A DNA stretch of 64,000 bases from positions 19,914 to 83,913 of IMG/VR virus record IMGVR_UViG_3300029775_000166; one strand, written 5' to 3'. Positions 40,907 to 51,024 of this stretch are shown here, in pieces. The position numbers and the translations under genes are program-made. Origin of the DNA: a virus. Below the pieces are notes generated by a model, which ran no database searches, had not been told where the DNA came from, and saw only the letters and a list, made by a program, of their open reading frames with translations. How positions within the stretch are numbered: position 1 is the first letter of the stretch; the number at the start of each line of letters is the position of its first letter.

Positions 40907-41222
40907 CAATAGTGTTATCGTAAAGGTTTTTTATCCTTTACTTCTGGAGGTTTCCCTCATACTCAATACCAGCAATGTTGAGATACGTCTGTTAATTCAG
41001 ACCAGTTCAGCATATATTTTCTTTGATAATCTAATCTTTTAAAGAAATTTATATTGATTATATTGTCAAAGTTCCGTACTCTTGGATGGATTATTGCTCT
41101 CTTGTTGCTCACCATCTATGCGTTACAAACCCCTATGATGTAGTGGGTTCTCGGTATTACCGTATTTTTCAACTTAGGCTTCACCGATTTTACGAAATTT
41201 TTTACATGAGCCTAGTATGTCA
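40907..41222 (-). other. Group I intron (316 nt, no ORF)
   Basis: 5'SS after U with P1 AUGUGCU/GGCUCAU U.G pair; P7 GCAUA/UAUGC; terminal G; splicing restores NPCA-EEP. Confidence 0.88.
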
Positions 41223-42017
41223 AGCACATGGATTAACACCAGCATATTCAAAGTCAGAATATTCACTTAGTAAATTCCATCCTTTAATTCTGTCCCAAAA
41301 TAACATTCCTGGTTCTGCATAATCCCAATTCATTTGACTTAATTTATTAAAAATTTTATATGCGTCTATTTCCTTTGTTATTGTTTCTTTATTTTCTAAA
41401 TTTGTAAAACTAAGGGTAAACATTTCTTTGTTTTTAACGGCTTCCATAAAATCGTTTGTGATTTTTATAGATATATTTGCTTTTGTAACTCTATTTAAAT
41501 CTGACTTTACTTCAATAAATTCCTCTAAGTCTGGATGAGTGCAATCTATTGAAATCATTAAAGCCCCCCTACGTCCGTTTTGGCTTATCGTACCTGTAAT
41601 ATCAGAATATAAATCCATAAAAGAAACTGCACCACTTGAATGTTCTGCGGCATTATTTACTTTTGCATTGTTAGGTCTAAGTTTACTAATATCAATACCG
41701 CAACCACCGCCATATGAAAATGTCCTTGCTAACTTGCTGGCACAGTCAAAGATTGATTCAATATTGTCATCAGGAGGAGCAATTACATAACAATTACTTA
41801 GTGTAACTTTTTTACCTAATTTATCCAATCCTCTATTAGATAAAATCCTTCCACCAAATAAAAACTTTTTATTTATAATTAACTCTCGCAATTCTTTATT
41901 ATTATTTGATACTCTATCTAACCATTCATCAAATGTTTCGTTGTTATAACGATACTTTTTCTCCCAAATATCAATTCCAAGCTGATTATTTTTGCCAAGC
42001 CATTCTTCTACTTCCAT
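41223..42017 (-). CDS. nrdJ: Class II ribonucleotide reductase, exon 1
   Basis: FLFGGRIL, SNCYV, GGGCGIDIS.LRP, RRGALM, AEPG, NPCA. Confidence 0.9.
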
Positions 42018-42410
42018 ACTTTTATCCTTTCTTCTTATGTTATTTAATATCTATATCATCCTACGATGTAGGATTATATTTTATTTATACATTAGGTCTA
42101 TCCTTATAAGGCTTACTATCATTGCAATCCTATATATTGCATTTATTCCGCAATTGCATTCCCATTTTCATCTAATCTCGTGTAGCCGCCACCAAATGTA
42201 CCGCCATTACTTTCGATAAACTCGATAAATTTAGTCCAAAATTCGTCAAATGACTTTTCAGGTGGTAATTCAATAACTCCGTTCACTTGATGCTCATTCC
42301 TCATTTAATTACCTACTTTTTAATTGTCAATTTACTCAAAATTTGCTTCTATAAATTTCTTTATATCTTCATAATCATATCCGCCATAATCATCAATGTC
42401 TGTTTCTAAT

Positions 42411-42571
42411 GTGAACTACCGCCAAGCTAAAGACTTGTCGGCTTCTTAGTCAATATCGCCATTGCGACAAGTTTACCTAAGCTATCCTCGTAGTTCCTAC
42501 GATTCTATTTCTCAAACCTTCATTTAGTATGTTTATTGCTGCATTTATATCTCTTTCATGATGAGTGCCAC
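42411..42571 (-). mobile_element. TnpB2-type 3' remnant with complete right end/omegaRNA
   Basis: 7 mismatches in 161 nt versus 9001-9161. Confidence 0.9.
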
Positions 42572-42857
42572 ATTTCTTACAAGTCCATACTGCGCCTTTT
42601 TGTTTACCGGCAACACTATAATCCTGACATGGACTCCCTCCAACAATCATATTAAATGGCTCTAATTTTGTTTCATCTACCTTTGTGATATCGCCTAAAT
42701 TTATGCTTTTATTAAAAAGCTGCAACCCTATGAAACAATGGTATTACAGAGGAGGAAAATACTTGAAATGCTATAAACTAGTTAATTTTTGTGAATTTGA
42801 CAAATACGCTATCGATAGTTACTGTGCTATACATAATGTGAATAAAAGCATAAATTT
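42477..42857 (-). pseudogene. Cytosine-5 methyltransferase remnant, partly inverted and fused to TnpB tail
   Basis: GDITKVD..GGSPCQD on minus; YKLVNFCEFDKYA..IHN on plus inside the inverted segment; motif I absent. Confidence 0.8.
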
Positions 42858-42864
42858 TACCATA

Positions 42865-43440
42865 TCATCTCCATTTATATTCATCTATTTCCTTAATACA
42901 ATCTCTATAGTATTGAGTAGAATACGCATTTCCATCTTCTGTGTGCTTTAAATCATTACAATATAGACATCTATATTTACTTACTTCATGTTCAGCTTCT
43001 TCTTCTGATAACTCAATTACCATCTCTTTTGTATACAGTTTTCCACAATCGCAACAATACCTTATATCTTCGTATTCTAATCCAAGTTGTTCTTTCAAAA
43101 CTTTTGCAAGTTCATCTAATATTAAATGATTTTCAATTAACATTTCTGCTAGTTCACCATCAAATAAATCAGAATCATACCATTCTAATGTTTTACGATA
43201 ATTAAATAATTCCTTGTTATTTGTAATAATACACGCCTTACCAAATGCTGCATACCAACCACCAGTTCCAGTATTAGTTGGAATACCTTCTTCTGCAAAT
43301 GTATCAATACTCAAGTATTCATTAATTCTTATAAGTTGGTTTCTAAGTTCCTTTAAAAAATCATATGTAATTAATTGTCTAATGTTTTCTGGTATTTGAT
43401 ATTCGAAATGAACGCAATTACCATCATCTACTATTGGCAT
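42865..43440 (-). CDS. Hypothetical protein with CxxC pairs
   Basis: RBS, co-oriented. Confidence 0.5.
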   Translation of the reverse strand: MPIVDDGNCVHFEYQIPENIRQLITYDFLKELRNQLIRINEYLSIDTFAEEGIPTNTGTGGWYAAFGKACIITNNKELFNYRKTLEWYDSDLFDGELAEMLIENHLILDELAKVLKEQLGLEYEDIRYCCDCGKLYTKEMVIELSEEEAEHEVSKYRCLYCNDLKHTEDGNAYSTQYYRDCIKEIDEYKWR

Positions 43441-43735
43441 ATCAATTTCCCTTCCATATATTTTTGTTAAATAACTAATTTACTTCTTTTATTATCTGAT
43501 TTCTATTTTTCTTGTATTAATGTTTTTTCATCCACATACCAAATTGCTAACTTATTTAAGTCTAGCAATCCTAAGAATCGCATATCCTTATTAAATACTC
43601 TCCATCCATGCTTTTTACACTTTTTGTCAGTTTCTAATACAGCACTATACTCATGTTCATATTCTATTAAGTCTCCATTTTCTTCTTTCATTCTTCATTC
43701 TCCTATGCTAATATAAAAACATTATTTAATTTACA

Positions 43736-43996
43736 TTATTCTATTGATCTGCTATTCTTTCTCTTTCTTAATATTCTTTTTACTTTCTTAACTAAATCTC
43801 CAACTGCAAGTCCCCATACATAACAAATCGTCAACATGCCTATTCCTGCACTTATCTTTTGGCTAATAGACACTGTATTGTTTAGGAATATTGGACAGTT
43901 ACATATAAGTATTATACCTATGCCTGAAATAACTAAAATCAAACCCAATATTTCTATAATCCACCAATCTAATCCGATTTTTCTCAAATTATGCAC
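43736..43996 (-). CDS. Two-TM small membrane protein
   Basis: Hydrophobic segments. Confidence 0.5.
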   Translation of the reverse strand: MHNLRKIGLDWWIIEILGLILVISGIGIILICNCPIFLNNTVSISQKISAGIGMLTICYVWGLAVGDLVKKVKRILRKRKNSRSIE

Positions 43997-44062
43997 CTTT
44001 CTTTTTTAATGAAAATCTTAATTCATCTTTTCTTTACAAGCTTGAATATTTATTCTTATATG

Positions 44063-44482
44063 CTACTTCACACTTCTTTTATCTTTTTCTTCATAAACAT
44101 AAAGTTCTTCCTTTGGATGTGGTTTCTGCAAATAACTCTCATTAATTCTAACTTCCTGACCATAATAACCACTCCAATTACCTTTACCGGAAACGTATAG
44201 ATTTCCATCTTTCTCAATACGTCTTATTTGATAAGCAGGTTTGTCACAACCTTGCCAATGTGAAATAATAAAGCAATTATCTTTAGTTATATCTTCTTGT
44301 TCCTTTGTGAGTTCCCATTTAAAGCCACATAAGTAATTAATTGTGCTTAACGAATGGCGATTGTCCAATAAAGCGTTTGCATAATTATATCTTGCATGTT
44401 TGTATTCACACTCCAAAGCATCAACATTATTATCATATGTATGTTCACAGATATCACATTTGTAAGCTGTTATCTCTTTCAT
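44063..44482 (-). CDS. Hypothetical phage protein
   Basis: YKCDIC..Y..A.ECE; SHWQG. Confidence 0.5.
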   Translation of the reverse strand: MKEITAYKCDICEHTYDNNVDALECEYKHARYNYANALLDNRHSLSTINYLCGFKWELTKEQEDITKDNCFIISHWQGCDKPAYQIRRIEKDGNLYVSGKGNWSGYYGQEVRINESYLQKPHPKEELYVYEEKDKRSVK

Positions 44483-44519
44483 TTAATCACTCCTTTCACA
44501 ATTGTATCAAGCTATAATT

Positions 44520-44744
44520 TTATTGTCCATTAACAGCGTTATATTGATATTCCAGTTCTTCTTCATCTAAATATTTATGTCTTACCATGTATCGTTGTAT
44601 ATCATTTTCATCATAGTTAATAATTTTATTTCTCATTCGTACATACACATCATAATTATTTCCTTTGTTATTAATTAAACATTTAACTACAACACCAATT
44701 AAATAATCTTCGATTACTACTATATCTCCAAAACAAAACTTCAT
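44520..44744 (-). CDS. Small SH3-like hypothetical protein
   Basis: FGDIVVI..GVVVK..YDVYVR. Confidence 0.5.
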   Translation of the reverse strand: MKFCFGDIVVIEDYLIGVVVKCLINNKGNNYDVYVRMRNKIINYDENDIQRYMVRHKYLDEEELEYQYNAVNGQ

Positions 44745-45095
44745 AACTTTCTCCTTTCTACATAATCAATTCTCTATTCATGTTACATTTTAATAGTGTA
44801 TTCTACTACGTTCGCTGGATAAAACTTACCATTAATCATTTCTGTCTGGAAATAAATAACATCATGTAACCCTCTTCTATTAAATAAATAATTAATTCTT
44901 TCGTGATTTAATATTGGATATTCTCCACTTCTACCCGTTTCGTAAATTGAACACCTTAATATTGTTCCGTCTTTTAGTTTTACAATAATCATAATTCTCA
45001 CTTCCTTTCTATTATCGAATGAAACGTAGTTTTGGTGTGGTTTTTATATCTACATATAGCGCATTTAAACACGACAACACTATATGTAGTACATA

Positions 45096-46376
45096 TTAAA
45101 ACAATTTACAGCCTTGTTCCTTAAATTCTGCCACTTTATTATTCCAGTCTTCTTTAGTCCATTCAAATTCTTTCATTAGGCACTTTTTACACTGGAACTT
45201 TTCAATCTGTCTACCATAAAGTTTCATATTCATAGCCAACGTATTCTTATCCTTGATTTTCATAGGATTTTTACGTTTATTTAAACAGCCATTATTACAA
45301 TATCTATTGAAGTATTTTTTAGCAACTCCTAAATCCAAATCATTATGTAGTGCATACTCCTGAATAACTTTTTCAACGGGTTCACTTCTAAATACTCCAC
45401 CATTCCAAGCTTGTTGGACATATTCTTCTATTGTGCAATTCATGATTAGCCACTTATTATTATTAATAAAATCTTCTTCAAGAATGTTTCTCCATCTGTT
45501 AAATAATTTCGGATACCAATATTGATCTAATACCCAAGTTGTTTTAGTATAATTTGGGCAAACTATGCCACACCCTACTCTGTCATAACCCTTTTTATAC
45601 TTTAGATTTATGTCAATTCCCTCTCGTAAAATATATAGCCATATATCTAAATCTGTCCATTTACGAATAGGAAGTATTCCTACCCAATCTCGTTTATTCC
45701 CCCACTTATTATTAATCCAAACATCTTCGTACCCTGACCTATTATTACTTTCATCGTTTCTCATTCCAAATAAGAATAGCAATTTATCACCTACATCAAA
45801 TTCATTCATTGTTGCTCCTTCTTTGAAATACGTGCAGCAAACTCTGTTTAATCTTGATGGTATAATATTCTCTCGTTTCTGCCATTGATAAAATCCACCA
45901 TATTTCTTTTCTGGGTATGTAAATTTATACCCTTTAGCTTTTGCAAACCTATTTGAATCAGCAACATCCATAGTGGTACAGTTGAAATATGTATCAAATT
46001 TTAATCCTGCTTTATGTGCTAAATGAGTTTTAACTTCACTATCTTTACCTGTAGAATTAGTATCAATAATTGTTCTATCTGTATTTAGTCCGTATTCCTG
46101 TAATAGTTTAATACTGTTGTTTTCTAGTTCATTTAACCTATCGTTAAGTAACAACTGTGTATCATACCATGTTGCGATTTCAAACTTTTCTTTTTTATAA
46201 GTTGTATAAGACATACTTAAATCATTTTCTGTTTTTAATCTATACACTTTATGTATTTTCCCTTGTTTATCGAATGCTTTTACAATCTGTCTATCCAACC
46301 AATAATAACCTTCTTCTAATTGTAAGCCACATTTGTCGTAAATAAATTTACAGTGTTCATTCCATATTGGTAGCAT
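45096..46376 (-). CDS. Second PAPS reductase family protein with C-terminal Cys cluster
   Basis: STGKDS, RVCCTYFKE, GMRNDES..R, PI.KW, RVGC..CP. Confidence 0.8.
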   Translation of the reverse strand: MLPIWNEHCKFIYDKCGLQLEEGYYWLDRQIVKAFDKQGKIHKVYRLKTENDLSMSYTTYKKEKFEIATWYDTQLLLNDRLNELENNSIKLLQEYGLNTDRTIIDTNSTGKDSEVKTHLAHKAGLKFDTYFNCTTMDVADSNRFAKAKGYKFTYPEKKYGGFYQWQKRENIIPSRLNRVCCTYFKEGATMNEFDVGDKLLFLFGMRNDESNNRSGYEDVWINNKWGNKRDWVGILPIRKWTDLDIWLYILREGIDINLKYKKGYDRVGCGIVCPNYTKTTWVLDQYWYPKLFNRWRNILEEDFINNNKWLIMNCTIEEYVQQAWNGGVFRSEPVEKVIQEYALHNDLDLGVAKKYFNRYCNNGCLNKRKNPMKIKDKNTLAMNMKLYGRQIEKFQCKKCLMKEFEWTKEDWNNKVAEFKEQGCKLF

Positions 46377-46420
46377 TATATCTCCTTTCTAATTCTAAAA
46401 TATCACATGAAATATTTGAT

Positions 46421-46579
46421 TTATTGAAATGATGTTTCAGTCCAATCATCAGCATTAAGTATAAATTTTTGATTATGATAATCGTATTCCACCTGTTCTA
46501 AAGCATCTTCATAACTTATCGCTTTAACTTCAATTACTCTTTCTAATACTTCTTTTACAGTGATTTTATATGTATTCAT
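46421..46579 (-). CDS. DpnD/PcfM-family small protein (52 aa, not in ORF track)
   Basis: Y.I..KE.LERVIEV.A.S.EDA..V..Y..F.L.ADD. Confidence 0.65.
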   Translation of the reverse strand: MNTYKITVKEVLERVIEVKAISYEDALEQVEYDYHNQKFILNADDWTETSFQ

Positions 46580-47232
46580 TAAATTACCTTTAGCTGAGTA
46601 AACTCAGGTTTATATCCTTTCTGCCATACCATATGACAATATTCAATACTATCTGTAGAACCTTTCTTTGGATTACCTTCTTTATCAAGTATTAATTTAC
46701 CTGTTTCTTTATCTTTTTTATCTGTAAAACCTATTCTGATATGATGCACAAAACAATATTTTGGTAGTTGTTTTTGGAAGAATGAAAATCTATCTTTACT
46801 ACCAAAGAAGTTTAACCGTAACAACATAATTACATAACCATTATCTGCTACATCAACTAATGCTTTATTGATAATTTCTACCGCTTGATTAAATGGTGGA
46901 TTAGTGATAATAATATTTGGCTGATAATCTAATTTTATTTGAAGATAATCTCCTTTTGTAAATGCAAAACTATCTTCTCTAATATCAATTGTGTCAATGT
47001 GCTTGTTATATATATTATGTATTGCTACAGGATAACTCATTGGATGATATGCTTCATATTCTGGAATTTCTTCATTACCTCCTGCACAAGGATCAAGTAT
47101 TTTACTATTTAACCAATCTAGTTGTTCAACTTTTTCAAATTCGTTTAGAAATAACTCTATATCTTCAATTGGTGTAACATAATAATCTGCTATATGTGTA
47201 TCTCTTGCATCACTTCTATTTGTACTACTCAA
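46579..47232 (-). CDS. Small N6-adenine methyltransferase-like protein
   Basis: ILDPCAGG; IITNPPF. Confidence 0.75.
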   Translation of the reverse strand: MSSTNRSDARDTHIADYYVTPIEDIELFLNEFEKVEQLDWLNSKILDPCAGGNEEIPEYEAYHPMSYPVAIHNIYNKHIDTIDIREDSFAFTKGDYLQIKLDYQPNIIITNPPFNQAVEIINKALVDVADNGYVIMLLRLNFFGSKDRFSFFQKQLPKYCFVHHIRIGFTDKKDKETGKLILDKEGNPKKGSTDSIEYCHMVWQKGYKPEFTQLKVI

Positions 47233-47301
47233 TTAATCATTCCTTTCTTCATTTCATAGTTTAATATATGTATTTATCCAATCAAATCATCCTTTTATTG
47301 C

Positions 47302-48288
47302 CTATCTATTTATGTAATCATTTAATAGATTTCTCTCTATTTCTCTAATAACAGGAACTACAACACTATCTCCTGCCATTACATACAATGAGCTAACACT
47401 AAATCCATTTTGCTGTAATAAATCACAATCCTCTTCTTTAAATCCCATTAGCTTGAAACAACCTCTAGGTTTTATCCCACCAATATGTTCTTTATATGCT
47501 AAGATTGTAAAATTTCCACCACCCTTACCCATATAAGCTGTTATTGTAGGATGCTCTCTATTAGACTGAAATCTTAGTCCGCTTTGTCTTAGAGTAATAA
47601 CTGTATTATCAAAACGTACTTCTCCTTCAAGTTTTATATTATCATCATTATTTAACCCTTTTGCATAACCAACCATTCTACTCTGTCTGCTAGTTAATTC
47701 TCTAGTATCATATGGATCAATTTTATCCCACCAATTTGAAGTGTCGTTTCCACATGGAAAATTATATGTATTATCATCAATATCTTTTCTAATTGAAACT
47801 ATGTAAACTCTATTTCTACTCTGCGGCCAGAAGTCTTTAGCATTAATTACTTGCCAATAATTATCATATCCAGCATCATCTAAACACCTTAGCATTTCAT
47901 TAAATTCATCAGTAAATCTGTTTGGTAAGTTATCTACATTTTCCATGATTGCATATTTAGGATTAGCTGCTTTAATAACATCTAGTGCATTCCAAAATAA
48001 TGTACTTCTAATATCATTTAAGCCTAGTTCTTTACCTGCCTTTGACCAACCCTGACAAGGTGGAGAATATACAACTAAATCACATTGTTTTATTTCTTGT
48101 TTATTAATTGAGGTTATATCTTTCCACCTTTTTTCTATTGATTCGTTATGTAATAGAGAATATGCTTTTGCTTTACCATCATCAATTTCACAGTAATTAA
48201 GTAATTCGTAGTCAATACCTAATTCTTGTAGCCCTCGTTCTTGTGCTCCTATTCCTGAAAATAGGCTTATCACTTTTAATTTATCCAT
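47302..48288 (-). CDS. dcm: C5-cytosine DNA methyltransferase
   Basis: SLFSGIG, SPPCQ, MENV, Q.RNR, GDSV. Confidence 0.88.
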   Translation of the reverse strand: MDKLKVISLFSGIGAQERGLQELGIDYELLNYCEIDDGKAKAYSLLHNESIEKRWKDITSINKQEIKQCDLVVYSPPCQGWSKAGKELGLNDIRSTLFWNALDVIKAANPKYAIMENVDNLPNRFTDEFNEMLRCLDDAGYDNYWQVINAKDFWPQSRNRVYIVSIRKDIDDNTYNFPCGNDTSNWWDKIDPYDTRELTSRQSRMVGYAKGLNNDDNIKLEGEVRFDNTVITLRQSGLRFQSNREHPTITAYMGKGGGNFTILAYKEHIGGIKPRGCFKLMGFKEEDCDLLQQNGFSVSSLYVMAGDSVVVPVIREIERNLLNDYINR

Positions 48289-48363
48289 TTATTATCCTTT
48301 ATAGTTTCATATTTTTATTAATCACATCAAACTGCAAATTGATTCGATTTTTCAATCGATTTA

Positions 48364-49623
48364 TTAGATTAAGTTAACCCTAATTGGATGACAACCTACA
48401 CCCTCTATCCCATCTTCAAATGAATTTGGGAATGCTTTGACCATAATTTGATATGATCCATTTACATCTGCATTAATTTCAGTTCCGCTATTACTTATGA
48501 AGAGACCACGATATTTCCTCCTTTCCTTGTCATAATTTTCTTTTACAGGTGTTTCTCTATCTAAAAAGCTTGTTCCACTTGTATAAGACTCATTTGTTGT
48601 CTTAAAAATAATTCCTACGTTTTCACATTTATATGTAAGTTTGTCAACCAAGGTTTTATATGGTATTTGTATAAACTTCTGATTGCTAACCTTACCCATG
48701 TTTGATTCTTGTTTCCAACCCTGATTATATCCACAAACTAGTGTATCAATATTATTATCTAAACAATAATCAACTATCATCTTGGTAGCCTTATGTATAT
48801 AATCACAAACCTTATTATTTCTCTTAGTTGTTAACCTTTGAAGTTTATTACTCCAGTCTTTATCATTTTTAGTCTTTAACATTGATTTTTGTTTAGCTAG
48901 TTCTTTATTGTAATATTGATTAATTGATTTTAAAGGTCTTCCGTTAATAATAAGTGGTTGTAATCCACAATTGTTTGTAATTGTTAATAAATTATCTACA
49001 CCTAAATCTATTGATGCTATTCTTTCTGTGTCGCTACATATGTCTGGAACTTCTATTTCATAAATAATTTCCATTATGTAATCATCGCCTTTTGGCACAA
49101 ACCTACATTGTATTAACTTAGAGTCACTTGAAATTTTTGTATAATATGTATTGTTTAATATTTTTAATGGTGTCCATGAAAAATAAATACAAGCATCAAC
49201 TATTCTAAATTTTATATTGTCAATATCCAATTCATATCTTCCATCTTTAGGTAAGTATGTAGGTATTCTTGGCATCCCCTTATATTTGTTGGGATTTTTA
49301 TTCCAATCTTTAATAGATTTAAAATATGATACCCAATTTTGATTTAATTTTCTTAATGTTGCTTGACCTACATTACTCCCCATATCTTTATATGGCTCAC
49401 TGCCTTTCACTAGTTTAAATAATTCATTGTATTGTATCCAGTTTGCATTTTCTCGTAATCCTTGTTGTTTTTCTTTTGATGTAATTATAAATTCTTGTCT
49501 AATTATATAATTGCCATAGTTATATACATTCTTTGATTTAAAACATAAACTATCTATCAATTTCCAATTTTTATTATTTTTCCTTATTCTGTGCTGTTCT
49601 ACTCTATTTACTTTCATTAACAT
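48364..49623 (-). CDS. tnpB: Solo TnpB (copy 3), atypical RuvC-II, no zinc finger
   Basis: SIDLGVDN; VCGYNQGWKQE; ESYTS; INADVNG; no tnpA or TTCAC end nearby. Confidence 0.85.
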   Translation of the reverse strand: MLMKVNRVEQHRIRKNNKNWKLIDSLCFKSKNVYNYGNYIIRQEFIITSKEKQQGLRENANWIQYNELFKLVKGSEPYKDMGSNVGQATLRKLNQNWVSYFKSIKDWNKNPNKYKGMPRIPTYLPKDGRYELDIDNIKFRIVDACIYFSWTPLKILNNTYYTKISSDSKLIQCRFVPKGDDYIMEIIYEIEVPDICSDTERIASIDLGVDNLLTITNNCGLQPLIINGRPLKSINQYYNKELAKQKSMLKTKNDKDWSNKLQRLTTKRNNKVCDYIHKATKMIVDYCLDNNIDTLVCGYNQGWKQESNMGKVSNQKFIQIPYKTLVDKLTYKCENVGIIFKTTNESYTSGTSFLDRETPVKENYDKERRKYRGLFISNSGTEINADVNGSYQIMVKAFPNSFEDGIEGVGCHPIRVNLI

Positions 49624-49817
49624 TCCTTAAATTTATATAATTTAACACTATTCCAAAACCTCAAATATGTATTATGGTATTTGCAGATATAATCTACTAG
49701 GCGAAACCCACGCCTTCTATCTTGTTTTATCAAGAATACTTGCGAGTGTAATTTAAATTACACTCTATAGTTTTATATTGTTAATATCGCATGAAATCGT
49801 TCTTTTATCTTGATTAT

Positions 49818-50561
49818 TTATAGTTTTATATTGTATGTAAATAATTTCTCAACACTACTTACTCTCTTAGTGTTATCAATTGTCCTTAGAACCTCTTGTT
49901 GCCACATACAAGTCATATCATCGGGTGCTTGGCATTCACTTACAATCACAATATTGTCTTTGCTCACATCTCTAACCCATTGCCAAAACTCTTCATAGTC
50001 AAATGACTTATTAATTCCATACTGCTTTGTGTCTTTGTATGGAGGATCACAGTATATCAATGCATCCTGTAACGATAAATCTTTATAATCTTCACAAGAA
50101 AATGTGATATCTTTCAAACTATCTATCTGGCTTTCTAAATTTCTTTTTGCTTCATCATAATAATTCCTCACCGTACCAGCTTTTGTATTTACTAATCCTG
50201 CGTATCCACCATCAAAAAATCTACCATTGTAACTAGCGAGAAAGCCTATTGCCCCAACATACCATTTATCATATGTGTCTAGTTTCTTGTTGAAACAATC
50301 TCTGACTTCTGAATAGTGTTCCTTTGTAATAAATTCAGGTAATGTATGTATTTTGTTTAGGTTTTTATACATCTCAATAAGATATTCATGCTTATCTGTT
50401 GCTAGTTTGTTTTCACATTCTATCTTATCTATTACATTACATCCACCACAGAACGGTTCTACATATAGTTTAATATTATTCATATCTATGCAATCCTGAA
50501 TTATCGGAACTATGTGTTTGGCTATCCGACTTTTACTTCCCATATATTTAATAATGTTCAC
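49818..50561 (-). CDS. Dam-family (D12 class) adenine methyltransferase
   Basis: YMGSKSR, VEPFCGG, IYCDPPY. Confidence 0.88.
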   Translation of the reverse strand: MNIIKYMGSKSRIAKHIVPIIQDCIDMNNIKLYVEPFCGGCNVIDKIECENKLATDKHEYLIEMYKNLNKIHTLPEFITKEHYSEVRDCFNKKLDTYDKWYVGAIGFLASYNGRFFDGGYAGLVNTKAGTVRNYYDEAKRNLESQIDSLKDITFSCEDYKDLSLQDALIYCDPPYKDTKQYGINKSFDYEEFWQWVRDVSKDNIVIVSECQAPDDMTCMWQQEVLRTIDNTKRVSSVEKLFTYNIKL

Positions 50562-50797
50562 TCTCCTTATATTTCAATACATTTCCGCACATCACGTTCT
50601 TCTTCTTGATTTAACGCAGTGTTATCTTTAATACATATCATTTCAAATTTACTACATTTATTTGCATCAATAACGAAACCAAATATGTTCATACAGTTAG
50701 ATAGTTCTTTACAATTTCTACAATCTTTTATTAATTCCATAAATACTCCATCCTTATATAGTTTTATATTCCTAATATTCACATCAAACCGTTGTTT

Positions 50798-50980
50798 CTA
50801 TACTCTTCTATTCCAAGATTCAATCGCCTCTTCTTTTGTTAAGAAATATCCACTCGCTCCAAAACAATCATGACATTCTATAAAATGACCATATATTTTT
50901 ATTTTAACTCTTTCATCGTCATAATCAGCACCTATGTTTTCACTCCCACAAAATGGACATGGTTTTAATTCATCATTCAT
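50798..50980 (-). CDS. Lar-like restriction alleviation protein
   Basis: LKPCPFCG..C.DC..AI..WNRR. Confidence 0.8.
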   Translation of the reverse strand: MNDELKPCPFCGSENIGADYDDERVKIKIYGHFIECHDCFGASGYFLTKEEAIESWNRRV

Positions 50981-51024
50981 AATTAATCCTTTCTTATCGT
51001 ATAAAAGCGTTATTCTCTGTGCTT

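Noticed and set aside
40907-41222. IStron (intron-IS hybrid)
   Set aside because: Intron is only 316 nt and contains no tnpA/tnpB
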